A stretch of 27,774 nucleotides of DNA from Candidatus Hermodarchaeota archaeon (GCA_048885525.1 JBHLLP010000047.1:1-27774), one strand, 5' to 3'. Positions 14,994-25,114 are shown, counted from the stretch's first letter. A program made the numbers and translations. The notes: generated by a model from the sequence alone, not told the origin.

Positions 14994-16163
14994 ATGGCTA
15001 AAAAATACATCTCTAGCAAATATGCTTTAATTGGAGAGAATTTAGATTTAAAGCAGAATGTAAATATTGAAATTGATCAAAATGGAAGAATTATAAATAT
15101 TTCTTATGATGATATATGTAATAGTGTCGAAATTCTACCCAATCATCAGACATTCTTAATGATTCCAGGTTTTATAAACTCACATGTCCATATTGGAGAT
15201 AATTTCGCAAAAGAATTGGGTTTTAATAAAGATTTGAGGGAAATAGTTGCTCCACCATTTGGTATAAAGCATAAATTATTAAGACAAACCCCAGAAGATA
15301 TAAAAATTAAAGGAATTCATAATGCCGCTTTAGAAATGTTTTCAAATGGTATTACTTTTTTCATTGATTTTAGAGAGGGAGGTGTAGAAGGAATAGATCT
15401 TTTAAAAAGAGCGCTAGCAATTCATAAAATTAATTATTTAATCTTAGGGCGTTTTATGGATGAAAGTGAAATAGATTCTGTTTTTGACAGAGCAGATGGA
15501 ATTGGATTATCTAGTTATAAACAAATTAATTCTAAAAATAAAAGATTTATAGTATCTGCTAAACAAAAGTTCAAAAAACTTATAGCATGTCATTGTGCAG
15601 AGAACACTCGTAATGTTGATCTTATAAATAATATATTTATTGATGATATTGTAGATGTAATCGTCCATGGAACAAAATTTGTGAAAAGTGATTTGGAAAA
15701 AATAGTAAATAACAATAAATCTCTAATTTTATGTCCTCGTTGTAATGGATATTTTGGAGTTGGATTTCCACCTATCAGTGAGATTTTAGAGTTGAAAATA
15801 CCAATATCATTAGGAACGGATAATTTAATGATAAATAACACTGATTTATTAGAAGAGATACGATATCTTTATCGTATCTCGAGAGTATTATGCAATTATA
15901 ATACAAAACTTCAAATTTCCTCCAAAGATTTATTGAAGATGGTAACTTTCAATGCTGCAAAAAATTTTCACCTTGAAAGAGAATTTGGTACAATTTCAAA
16001 AGGTAAATTTGCTGATTTTTTTTTAATCGATCTTTGTGATCCAAATCTATATTCTTCCCAATTAGATTCTAATAATATTTATAATATCATTACTCAAAGA
16101 ACAAAATCAGAAAATATTAAAAAAACATATATCAAGGGAGAATTAGTATTTGAAAGAAAATAA
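14994..16163 (+). CDS. Metal-dependent amidohydrolase (cytosine/guanine deaminase-like)
   Basis: PGFINSHVHIGD, HCAE, IVHG, LGTDN and GTISKGKFADF motifs. Confidence 0.85.
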   Translation: MAKKYISSKYALIGENLDLKQNVNIEIDQNGRIINISYDDICNSVEILPNHQTFLMIPGFINSHVHIGDNFAKELGFNKDLREIVAPPFGIKHKLLRQTPEDIKIKGIHNAALEMFSNGITFFIDFREGGVEGIDLLKRALAIHKINYLILGRFMDESEIDSVFDRADGIGLSSYKQINSKNKRFIVSAKQKFKKLIACHCAENTRNVDLINNIFIDDIVDVIVHGTKFVKSDLEKIVNNNKSLILCPRCNGYFGVGFPPISEILELKIPISLGTDNLMINNTDLLEEIRYLYRISRVLCNYNTKLQISSKDLLKMVTFNAAKNFHLEREFGTISKGKFADFFLIDLCDPNLYSSQLDSNNIYNIITQRTKSENIKKTYIKGELVFERK

Positions 16164-16821
16164 TCGCCCCTATATAATTTTAAGTGCAGCAATGACTATC
16201 GATGGAAAGATTGCATCAAAAACAGGAGATCCTGAATTATCAGATGATCAAGATTGGAAAGAAGTTCATAAATTAAGATCTCAAGTAGATGCCATAATCG
16301 TTGGAAAAAATACAATTTTGAAAGATAACCCAAAACTTCATATTAAATTTCATGAACATAAGGGATATAAAAGAATTGTTGTAGATAGTAATCTTTCAAT
16401 TCCTATTAATTCAAATGTTGTTTCGTTTCAACTAGAAACATACCCTACAATAATATGTACTACAGAAAATGCTCCTTTACAGAGAATTAAAGAATTTGAA
16501 TCAAAAGGCGTAAAAATATTGAAGGTTGGAGACAGAAAGCTAGTAAATATATTGGATCTTATGCCCAGACTCTACAATTTAGGTATTCAGAAGATCTTAT
16601 TAGAGGGGGGTGGTACACTAAATTGGAGCTTTATTGAAAAGAATTTAGTAGATGAAATTAGGTTAACAATTGCTCCATGGATTATTGGAGGTAAAGATGC
16701 CACAACATTAGTCGAAGGTACAGGTTTTGAAAGCATGGCTCAAGGACAAAGGTTTAAATTGCTTGAAATTTTAAATAGGGATAATTATGTTATGTTAAGA
16801 TACAAAAAGAATGAATTATGA
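16150..16821 (+). CDS. arfC: 2,5-diamino-6-ribosylamino-4(3H)-pyrimidinone 5'-phosphate reductase (stand-alone RibD C-terminal domain)
   Basis: RPYIILSAAMTIDGKIA, VHKLRSQVDAIIVGKNTILKDNP, ILLEGGGTLNWS and APWIIGG. No deaminase domain. Confidence 0.88.
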   Translation: MKENNRPYIILSAAMTIDGKIASKTGDPELSDDQDWKEVHKLRSQVDAIIVGKNTILKDNPKLHIKFHEHKGYKRIVVDSNLSIPINSNVVSFQLETYPTIICTTENAPLQRIKEFESKGVKILKVGDRKLVNILDLMPRLYNLGIQKILLEGGGTLNWSFIEKNLVDEIRLTIAPWIIGGKDATTLVEGTGFESMAQGQRFKLLEILNRDNYVMLRYKKNEL

Positions 16822-17942
16822 AACATAAGAGTGAAATTACAAGTTTTAAAAAACTTACGTTGAAACAGATTAAAGAAAAAGTAAAAAAAGTAAAAGATCA
16901 ATTACCGAGTGATGAGAAAAAGATAATAACTTATTCAAAAAATTTCACACTTTCACTATCAAACTATTGTATTAATAAATGTGGGTATTGTTCTTATAAC
17001 TTTACAATTCCTAAATTAAATGATGAATATAATGTTATATTGCTTAAAAATGAACAAATGGTATCATTAGTTCAAAAGGCTCTTCAAAATGATTGTAAAG
17101 AAGCCTTGATTATGTCGGGAGAACGTCCTGGAAGTTTTCTTGAAGTTCAAAATGAATTAAAAAACATAAATTGTTTAGATTTTATAAATTTTGTAAAAGA
17201 TGTTTGTAGGTATTTACTTGAGTTTAATGTTCTACCTCATACAAATATAGGATATTTAACTTATGATGAAATAAAGAATTTAAAAAAATACAATGCAAGC
17301 ATGGGATTAATGCTTGAAAGTACAAGTTTGAGACTTTTTGAAAAAGGTGAAGTACATGAACATTCTCCTGGAAAACTACCAAATAGAAGAATAGAGCATA
17401 TAAAAAATGCAGGAAAATTAAAAATTCCATTCACTACAGGTATCTTATTAGGTATTGGAGAAAATATTGAAGATATCATAAGCGATTTATTTTTAATTAA
17501 GAATATTAATGATGAATATCAACATATTCAAGAATTTATAATTCAGAATTTTGTAAATAAACAAAATATTCCATACCAGCCTAAAAAGTCAGTTTCTATT
17601 AAGGAAATGCTTAAAATCGTAGGATTTGCTCGCATTATTTTTGAGAATGAAATTGCCGTCCAAGTTCCACCAAATCTTATCTCAGGTTTTGAAAGAGAAT
17701 TTATCGATATGGGTATCGATGATTTTGGTGGAATTTCTCCTTTTTCATTAGATTATATAAATCCTGAAAATCAGTGGCCTCAAATAGATGATTTATATAA
17801 AATTTGCAAAGAAGAAGGTTATAATCTCAAAGAGAGACTCCCAATCTATAACAAATTTATATATAAAGAAGGTTTTTGTCCAGAAAATATTAAAAAAGTA
17901 ATAGATAATATAAACTTAGATGATAAATACTCAGTTTTCTGA
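16818..17942 (+). CDS. cofG: FO synthase subunit CofG
   Basis: ITYSKN, radical-SAM CINKCGYC, LPHTNIG, ASMGLMLE, PFTTGILLGIGE, QVPPNL, DFGGISP and NPENQWP. Confidence 0.92.
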   Translation: MKHKSEITSFKKLTLKQIKEKVKKVKDQLPSDEKKIITYSKNFTLSLSNYCINKCGYCSYNFTIPKLNDEYNVILLKNEQMVSLVQKALQNDCKEALIMSGERPGSFLEVQNELKNINCLDFINFVKDVCRYLLEFNVLPHTNIGYLTYDEIKNLKKYNASMGLMLESTSLRLFEKGEVHEHSPGKLPNRRIEHIKNAGKLKIPFTTGILLGIGENIEDIISDLFLIKNINDEYQHIQEFIIQNFVNKQNIPYQPKKSVSIKEMLKIVGFARIIFENEIAVQVPPNLISGFEREFIDMGIDDFGGISPFSLDYINPENQWPQIDDLYKICKEEGYNLKERLPIYNKFIYKEGFCPENIKKVIDNINLDDKYSVF

Positions 17943-19050
17943 AAATATTAACCCAAAAGTAAAGAAGATTCTAAAGAAGGCATTAGAGTCAGATGAAATA
18001 AGCTCTGAAGAAGCCTTAGAGATTTTAAAGGTAAAGGGAAAAGAATTTTTTGCTTTACAATATGTAGCTGATCAGATCTGCTATGAAAAAAAGCAAAATA
18101 TTGTAACTTTTGTTATAAACAGAAATATAAATTTCACAAACATTTGTTATCAACGCTGTAAATTCTGTTCATTCAGTTTACCAGCTACAGATCCTAATGC
18201 TTTTTTACTTACTATTGATCAAATTAGAGAAAAAGTAATAGAGGCTAAAAATTTTGGATGTACGGAAGTCTGTATACAAGGAGGTATAAATCCTAAGATA
18301 AATTTTGATTTCTACTTAGATGTTCTTAAAACTGTTAAAAATATTGATCCAAGAATACATATACATGCATTTTCTCCTCAAGAAATCTTTTATATGTCAA
18401 AGTTATTTGAAAACTCGATAGTAGACACCCTTAGAGAATTAAAAAAAGCAGGATTAGATTCAATTCCAGGAACAGCTGCAGAGATATTGGTTGATGAAAT
18501 AAGAGAAATAATTTGTCCAAAAAAGGTTAATACTTCTCAATGGAAGGAAATCATAACTACTGCCCACAATTTAAAGATTCCAACAACATCTACAATAATG
18601 TATGGGCATATTGAGAACCTGAGTGATAGGGTTAAGCATTTGGAAATTCTAAGAGAAATACAAAAAGAAACTAAGGGTTTTACTGAATTTGTACCCTTAC
18701 CTTTCGTAAAAGAAAATCCAATTTTATCGCAACTTAAAAAATTTCCTTTAAAACCTAGCTATGGAATGGATGATTTAAAACTATTTTGTGTTGCACGGTT
18801 ATTCTTAAATAATTACATTGATAATGTTCAATGTAGTTGGGTAAAATTAGGACCAAGTTTTGCCCAAGTGGCTTTAAATTATGGAGTTAATGACTTCTCT
18901 GGAACATTAATGGAAGAAAATATTTCAAAAAGTGCTGGCGCTGAATTTGGCGAGTATTTATCTCCAGAAGAAATTGTAAAAATAATAATTAACGCAGGAA
19001 AAAGACCCGCACAAAGAGACACAATATATAATATTATAAAATATTATTAA
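17920..19050 (+). CDS. cofH: FO synthase subunit CofH
   Basis: VTFVINRNINFTNICYQRCKFCSF, EVCIQGG, HAFSPQE, PGTAAEIL, TIMYGHIE, EFVPLPF, QCSWVKLG and GTLMEENIS. Adjacent to cofG. Confidence 0.92.
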   Translation: MINTQFSENINPKVKKILKKALESDEISSEEALEILKVKGKEFFALQYVADQICYEKKQNIVTFVINRNINFTNICYQRCKFCSFSLPATDPNAFLLTIDQIREKVIEAKNFGCTEVCIQGGINPKINFDFYLDVLKTVKNIDPRIHIHAFSPQEIFYMSKLFENSIVDTLRELKKAGLDSIPGTAAEILVDEIREIICPKKVNTSQWKEIITTAHNLKIPTTSTIMYGHIENLSDRVKHLEILREIQKETKGFTEFVPLPFVKENPILSQLKKFPLKPSYGMDDLKLFCVARLFLNNYIDNVQCSWVKLGPSFAQVALNYGVNDFSGTLMEENISKSAGAEFGEYLSPEEIVKIIINAGKRPAQRDTIYNIIKYY

Positions 19051-19092
19051 GTTCTTGATCTTTTTAATAAATTAAATTTAAGAATTTAATTA

Positions 19093-20958
19093 TTAATGTG
19101 GTTCTCGAGACTGTAGTAAATCTAATACGTAACGCTGAGCAATTAAATCTGAGTTAACTTTTCCTAATACAATACCTTCTTCTACAACAGGCATTGCTGA
19201 GATTTTATATTGTTCTAATTCACGTACTATATCTACAATTGTAAAATTTGGATGAGCAGTAATAACTTCTTTAGTCATTATTTTATCAAGAGTAGCATCT
19301 ATACTTCCCTCTGCCATTGCTTTAGTAATATCCCAATCAGTTACAACACCAACAAGTTTACCACTTGAGAGAACAGCAATGATATCACTTACTTCTTTTA
19401 TAAGTAATGATGCAGCTACTTGAATTGTACTTTTGACGTCGATAGTAGGAATTTGGATCATAATATCTTTTGCTGTACGTTGTCTTTCTTTCGCAGTAAG
19501 ACGTTGAAGGCTTATTTGTTCAGCAGCAGTGCAAGGTAACATATCCGGATTTTTTGTTAATATATCAGCCAATTCAATCATGTTATTATGAATTATATTT
19601 TCTCTGTATTCTTCACCTGCTATTAATCGCTGTTTTGATAATTCACCAAATTCAGTTATATGATCTTTTAGCCATTTTTCTACTGCTTCATGGTTGCCTA
19701 ACATTTCTTCTGGAATTTGTAAGTGATCTGGGGTTTTAATTATATGTTCTTGTGCTGCAAATATTACTCCACCTGAATTAACTAAATAATCATTTGCTAT
19801 CATGACTCCTTTTTCTCGATATACAATTTGTTCCATCCGAATTCGAGCAGTTTTTCTATTTGGATCAGGAGAATAGGTATTAGCACCTTCAATAATCACA
19901 GACCATTTTCCCATTCGATCAACAGTCATCGAAGGATTTTCAGAACTTCTAACACACAGGTAATTAAAAATGGGTGCTGCTGGAATGAAGCAAAATGCAT
20001 TTTCTAAGAGTAGATTATCTGCATTTGTAGAAAATTTAGTTGGATGTTTATATCCTTCTGAGATTATTTTATTTTTAAAATATATATTAGTAACTAATTT
20101 ATTTTCTTTCCATAATTTAAACAATTCTTCAATAGGTAATCCAGATTCATTATATAAATATCCTTCCAAATCACTAATTCCTATAACTTTTGCTTCAGGT
20201 AATCTTTCTTTTAATATACGAGCTGCATGAGCACCTACTGCTCCAAAACCTTGAATCAATATGTTAAGATCTTTTTTATCAGGAATTTCTAAATTAGCAA
20301 ACTGAGTTAGTATTCTTAATCTTGGCATAATTTCTAACAGAGTTTGTAAAGCAATTATAACGCCTCCTGCAGCAGCTCCAAGTTCATCAATACGATTCCC
20401 TCCCATATCAGCAGGCTTAGAGAGAGCATTATCTAACCCATTTTCAATGGCAATAGTCTTCATATCAGCATCATTCGTACCAACATCAGGTCCAGGAAGA
20501 TAAATTTCTTTATACCGTCGAATTAATCGAGCGAAACCACGGACAATATCAGTATGTTTTTCGGGAGAGATATCACGTTCTGCTACGATTCCTGCTTTTC
20601 CACCTCCATATGGGAGATTTGCAGCAGCATTTTTTAACGTCATACCTCGTGCTAGATTATGGATATCAGAAGGAGTTATATCTGGTAACATCCTAATTCC
20701 TCCCATTGAAGGGCGTCCTCCTGCGAGAGAATCCACGACAATATATCCACCAATTTGAAGAGGTGAATCCTCATCCCATATACATGCAACTAAGTGAGGA
20801 CCCACTTTATCGCTTATAATCCCTAAATGTGATAAAAGATGGACATCTAAGTTGCTAAATTCTAGATAACATTTTCCTTGATCTTTTTTAAGCCGAGCCT
20901 TAAAAGTAGCTTTAGGGAGATGTTCATTAAGAAATGATTCCATATTTTTTGGGATCAT
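19093..20958 (-). CDS. Glu/Leu/Phe/Val dehydrogenase fused to a C-terminal CBS pair
   Basis: GGIRM, MTLKNA, GGGKAG, GPDVGT, QGFGAVG, EGAN and NSGGV motifs. CBS repeats (AKDIM...LVGVVTDWDI...IMTKEVIT...SAMPVV) occupy the last ~125 aa. Confidence 0.88.
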   Translation of the reverse strand: MIPKNMESFLNEHLPKATFKARLKKDQGKCYLEFSNLDVHLLSHLGIISDKVGPHLVACIWDEDSPLQIGGYIVVDSLAGGRPSMGGIRMLPDITPSDIHNLARGMTLKNAAANLPYGGGKAGIVAERDISPEKHTDIVRGFARLIRRYKEIYLPGPDVGTNDADMKTIAIENGLDNALSKPADMGGNRIDELGAAAGGVIIALQTLLEIMPRLRILTQFANLEIPDKKDLNILIQGFGAVGAHAARILKERLPEAKVIGISDLEGYLYNESGLPIEELFKLWKENKLVTNIYFKNKIISEGYKHPTKFSTNADNLLLENAFCFIPAAPIFNYLCVRSSENPSMTVDRMGKWSVIIEGANTYSPDPNRKTARIRMEQIVYREKGVMIANDYLVNSGGVIFAAQEHIIKTPDHLQIPEEMLGNHEAVEKWLKDHITEFGELSKQRLIAGEEYRENIIHNNMIELADILTKNPDMLPCTAAEQISLQRLTAKERQRTAKDIMIQIPTIDVKSTIQVAASLLIKEVSDIIAVLSSGKLVGVVTDWDITKAMAEGSIDATLDKIMTKEVITAHPNFTIVDIVRELEQYKISAMPVVEEGIVLGKVNSDLIAQRYVLDLLQSREPH

Positions 20959-21130
20959 AATATCAAACTATTTGAGGTTATTTAGTTCATAAACGTATGC
21001 TATATAAGTTTATTAATTATTTAAATTTCTACTCATGAATTTATATTAAAAGCAATTTTTTATAGAAGTTATATTTTTATTAATTATCTATTTAAAAATA
21101 AAAGAAAATATCAACATTATAAATAAAGAA

Positions 21131-21430
21131 TTGATAATTGCTATGCCAATAACGTTAATTGCAAATGTTCGAGTGAAAAATGGGAATATGGAAAAAGCAA
21201 TTAAATCCTTAAAAGAAATAGTACCTAAAATAAAAGAGTCAGAACCAGGATGTTTACAATACATTCCTCACACAATAAAGGGAGAAGAAAATTCAATTAT
21301 TTTTTATGAAGTATATGCTGATTCTGATGCATTAAAAGAACATAATAAGAATTTAGGTAAGAACATGGTAAAATTAAGTCCTCTTTTAGAACCAGGAATC
21401 GATATAAAGATTTGTCGTGAAATTATTTAA
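21131..21430 (+). CDS. ABM (antibiotic biosynthesis monooxygenase)-domain protein
   Basis: EPGCLQY and IFYEVYADSDALKEH pattern. True start probably the ATG at 21143. Confidence 0.8.
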   Translation: MIIAMPITLIANVRVKNGNMEKAIKSLKEIVPKIKESEPGCLQYIPHTIKGEENSIIFYEVYADSDALKEHNKNLGKNMVKLSPLLEPGIDIKICREII

Positions 21431-21446
21431 CACAATATTTTTTTAT

Positions 21447-23027
21447 TTAATCATCTTGAATATAAGGTTTTCCAGAAAATAAACAAATTTCCGCTTTTTT
21501 CAGTTCTCTACCTAAATAATTTAAATGATATATATCTTTAGTTAAGTCACTTTGAATTATCTTTTTACTTAAAGCTTCAGCATTTTCCCCAATAAAAGTT
21601 TGTATTAATTTATCATCATTTGAGTAAAAAAGAACATAAATTTTCCTTGAATAATGATTAGCATAAATTCTAAAGTAACCTTTAGTATCGGGAATATAAT
21701 CAGGAATTAATTTATTCATAATTATTGCATTTTCTTCATTTATTTTTGGCATCTCTTGATCTAACTTTGCTTTAGCCTTAAAAACTTGGATACCTTGATT
21801 GATTGGGGGGGTTTTTTTATGTTTTGCAAGGTAATTTAATTTTATGCTTTCTTTTAACTCTCTTACTCCACCCATTAATTTTGTACTATGTTCAACAGTA
21901 AAAAGAATTCCTATATCTAATTCAATAGCAATACTGGCTAAAAGGCCATTAATTCCAACAGAATCAATATCCATTAGTTCTACTACATTTGAAACTCCAA
22001 AGAACATTGGTAACTCAAAGGGTTTGTATTTATTTTCCTTAATTTTCTTATTATATAGGAAATAAGCTTCTAAAGAGTTACATATGCCTGGACTAATTGG
22101 TGTTTCTAATAATGGATCAGCAATTAATTTCTTAAATCCACTATTTATTAATTCCTTCGTTAATTTAAATAGATTTTCAATACGAGATTCTGGGTCTTTA
22201 GGAAAATACGCCTCCTTAACATTAGTAGGGAGAATAACAATAGGAATATCTTTAGGGAGATTTAACATTTCTTTATAATTGCCAAGATCTAAGCTCAATA
22301 TTAGATCTATGTTTTCATCTACAGCAGTATTTATTTCCTCTGGGACCATTGAATCGATACTCACGAGCACATTATATTTTGAATTTATTAAACTAATTAT
22401 CTCTTTGACTCTTTGGGGGTTTGGTTTATTAGATACGCATCCAATATCTATAATACCTGCTCCAGAATTGATATAGTGCTTTGTTTTTTTTAGAATATGA
22501 TCATCGCTTTTTTCAGTGCAATTTACAATCTCAGCAATTATGGGAGGTGGCATATTCCTTCCAATTATTATATTGGATTTTTTTTTATTAAGGTAATAAG
22601 TATGAGAGCCTAGTTTAGTTTTAGCTAATTTTAATTGGTCCTTTACAATTTCTGAAAATTCACTTTCTCTTGAAAGCTCTAATATTCTATTTGCCGGTAT
22701 TGTATTAGATAGATTGAAATTCTCTAAATTTTTTAAAATTATTGGTAAATCAGAGGCAAATTCAGGTCCTTTTCTAATACTTATTGAAAATTTTTCTTCC
22801 AATTTAGTAGAATCCCACTGGACAAAACCAGGCAATAATATCAAATCATAATTTGAAATTTCTATTTGTTCTAAAATATCAGATGTTACAGTTTCTGTAA
22901 TAAATGCAGAAATAGATATTGGTGCTTTTATAACTTCTATCTCATGCTCTTTTAAAGGTTTAACTATCTTATCTATTATATCATAACTCTGTAGGCCAGT
23001 AATTATAAGAATTCTAATCCAAATCAC
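21447..23027 (-). CDS. Dihydropteroate synthase-like protein (archaeal TIGR00284-type, C-terminal DUF4346-like)
   Basis: ILIITG N-terminus, IAEIV, GAGIIDIG, VSIDS, IADP, GVSNVVELMDIDSVGINGLL, DTKGYFRI and HLNYLGRELKKAE...YIQD. Confidence 0.82.
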   Translation of the reverse strand: MIWIRILIITGLQSYDIIDKIVKPLKEHEIEVIKAPISISAFITETVTSDILEQIEISNYDLILLPGFVQWDSTKLEEKFSISIRKGPEFASDLPIILKNLENFNLSNTIPANRILELSRESEFSEIVKDQLKLAKTKLGSHTYYLNKKKSNIIIGRNMPPPIIAEIVNCTEKSDDHILKKTKHYINSGAGIIDIGCVSNKPNPQRVKEIISLINSKYNVLVSIDSMVPEEINTAVDENIDLILSLDLGNYKEMLNLPKDIPIVILPTNVKEAYFPKDPESRIENLFKLTKELINSGFKKLIADPLLETPISPGICNSLEAYFLYNKKIKENKYKPFELPMFFGVSNVVELMDIDSVGINGLLASIAIELDIGILFTVEHSTKLMGGVRELKESIKLNYLAKHKKTPPINQGIQVFKAKAKLDQEMPKINEENAIIMNKLIPDYIPDTKGYFRIYANHYSRKIYVLFYSNDDKLIQTFIGENAEALSKKIIQSDLTKDIYHLNYLGRELKKAEICLFSGKPYIQDD

Positions 23028-24108
23028 TTATCAATTTTTCTTTTTCAAATGGAATAAAAATATCATCTAATATAGAACCAGTAGCTTCTTTAATTTTTAA
23101 ATTATTAATGATTGGTTCGAATCTACCACCTAATATTCCATTGGCTATAAATGCTGCTCCTTGAGCAGCACGTTTTGCTATTTGACTAAAAGAACTCATT
23201 ACTCTTACGGGAGCAACATCATTTAAACCACGAACCATTTTCTCCCGGAAATATACTAAATTTGATCCTCTACCCGCCAATAAGACTTCTTTAATTTTTT
23301 CTTTGGATGAAAAAGAAGAAGATATTCCATAAACAGCCTTTTTCACGCTTGATAAATATGCTTTTAGAGCAATCTTAGTTTGTTCATCCTTCTCTGCTAA
23401 TAATGTAATCTCTTTCAAGCTCAAATCGGAATATCCAGAGATATAGGCTACACCACCTTTATAGATATTTTTTTTTTCAATATTTTTAATTAGATATGCT
23501 AATTCACCATCAAGACTACCACAAGCTCTAAAACCCATTATGTTACTACCTCCAATTCCATCTATAATTTGACCATTTTCAATTGCTAAAACTGCTGTAA
23601 ATCCATAACCTATTTCAACCAAAATAAAATTGGTTTTTTCTGGACTTACCTTAAATCTTTCCATTTGATCCCTAATTCCAGTAACAGCTGTACAAATTTT
23701 ATCTGCTGTGCCCATATCAATTTTATTAATTTTTCGATATTTTGGAACAGTAGTTAAATGCTTAACTCCGGGCACAATAACGCCAGGTATTTTTTGAGCT
23801 TTAATTAATCTTAAAACTTCCCCAAGACCAATTAATTTATTTTTTTCTTTCTGATCAAACTTTAATAATGTAAAAAAAATATCTTGCTCAGTTAAATCAT
23901 GCACATCTTTTAAAGGAAGCCCAAACCCACTTGGAGCAACCATTAGATCAATATCTTTTATAGAATTAATTATAGTTATAGCTTTCTGAGGATTAGCAAT
24001 TAATTCTTTAGTGGGTAAGGATGTGTCAAGAATTATTTTATCATTCTCCATACCGAAGAAATCCCATGATAAACTACCAGGATCTATGCCTAGAACTCTA
24101 TAACTCAT
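23014..24108 (-). CDS. DUF1464-family ASKHA-fold (butyrate kinase-like) protein
   Basis: RVLGIDPGS, APSGFGLP, NKIDMGTADK, EIGYGF, IIDGIGG, GSLDGELAY and AKRAAQGAA. Confidence 0.8.
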   Translation of the reverse strand: MSYRVLGIDPGSLSWDFFGMENDKIILDTSLPTKELIANPQKAITIINSIKDIDLMVAPSGFGLPLKDVHDLTEQDIFFTLLKFDQKEKNKLIGLGEVLRLIKAQKIPGVIVPGVKHLTTVPKYRKINKIDMGTADKICTAVTGIRDQMERFKVSPEKTNFILVEIGYGFTAVLAIENGQIIDGIGGSNIMGFRACGSLDGELAYLIKNIEKKNIYKGGVAYISGYSDLSLKEITLLAEKDEQTKIALKAYLSSVKKAVYGISSSFSSKEKIKEVLLAGRGSNLVYFREKMVRGLNDVAPVRVMSSFSQIAKRAAQGAAFIANGILGGRFEPIINNLKIKEATGSILDDIFIPFEKEKLISDLD

Positions 24109-24320
24109 TTCAATGATTAAAAATGTTAAAGCATTTTAAAAGATTCTATAATTCTTTTTATATTCTATTTTTTTTTAATAATTGCATTTAACCTATGATA
24201 TTTATAGAAATTAATTCAAAACTATAAAAACTGTGGAAATTTTTAATAATTTAAACTAAACATGAAATTTTATACTAAGTTGTAGGAAAATAATAAGAAT
24301 TATAAAAGCGGTGAAAAAAG

Positions 24321-24851
24321 ATTTTTGTTAAAGTATTTGTATGTAAAATCTGTGGAGAAGCATATATTGGAGAGGACGCACCAAGTCGATGTCCTTTTTG
24401 TGGTGCATTTAAAAAATATTTTGTAGAATCAACAGAATATGATGATAACGGTGCTTGGGACGTTGAATTAAACGAAAAAGATAAGGCTAATGCAGAAAAA
24501 GCTTTAGAAGTTGAAATATCGAATAATATCTTTTATAAATGTGCAAGTAAAAGAACTCCAGAATTAGATGGTCAGAAGTTATTTAAGATACTTGCGAAGG
24601 TTGAAATGGAGCATGCGAGTGTTTGGAAGAAGATTTTAAAGCTAGATAAAGTAGAATTTCCAGATTATGATAAATGTGCTGACGAATATACTCCAAATCT
24701 AGAAGAATCTCACAGTAGGGAAGATAGAGCAATAAAATTTTATGGACAAGCCGCAGCAGAAGCTCAAAATGCTAGAGTAAAAGAAATTTTTAAAGCTTTT
24801 GTAGAAGTCGAAACAGACCATCTCCATCTCTCTGAAGCGAGACTTAAATAA
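24321..24851 (+). CDS. Rubredoxin-like Zn/Fe ribbon plus ferritin-like di-iron protein (reverse rubrerythrin-type)
   Basis: The frame of ORF 24606 is open upstream to 24315 and reads IFVKVFVCKICGEAYIGEDAPSRCPFCGA...ALEVEISNNIFY...KVEMEHA...EDRAIKFY...VETDH (two CxxC, two ExxH). Probable ATT start at 24321. Confidence 0.85.
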   Translation: MFVKVFVCKICGEAYIGEDAPSRCPFCGAFKKYFVESTEYDDNGAWDVELNEKDKANAEKALEVEISNNIFYKCASKRTPELDGQKLFKILAKVEMEHASVWKKILKLDKVEFPDYDKCADEYTPNLEESHSREDRAIKFYGQAAAEAQNARVKEIFKAFVEVETDHLHLSEARLK

Positions 24852-25114
24852 ATTAATTTATTGTTTTTAAATATTTTTTTTTTAAATATTAAAGAGATTT
24901 TTTACGAAAATATATAAAAAAGTAGAGGAAAAAGAAAATATCTTTTTTTTTATTATTTCATTAAAAATAATATTCCATTTGGGAATAATTATTATTAAAA
25001 ATAAATTGAAATTTTAAAATATTACTTAGTTTAAATAACATTAAAAGAAGAACTCTTAAATTAATAAGAGATTCAAAATTCTTTTTTATTAATAAGATTG
25101 ATAGGTTCAGAATC

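Noticed and set aside
17920-19050. MqnC/MqnE (futalosine pathway) instead of CofH
   Set aside because: Direct overlap with cofG and the GTLMEENIS-type C-terminal motif favour CofH.
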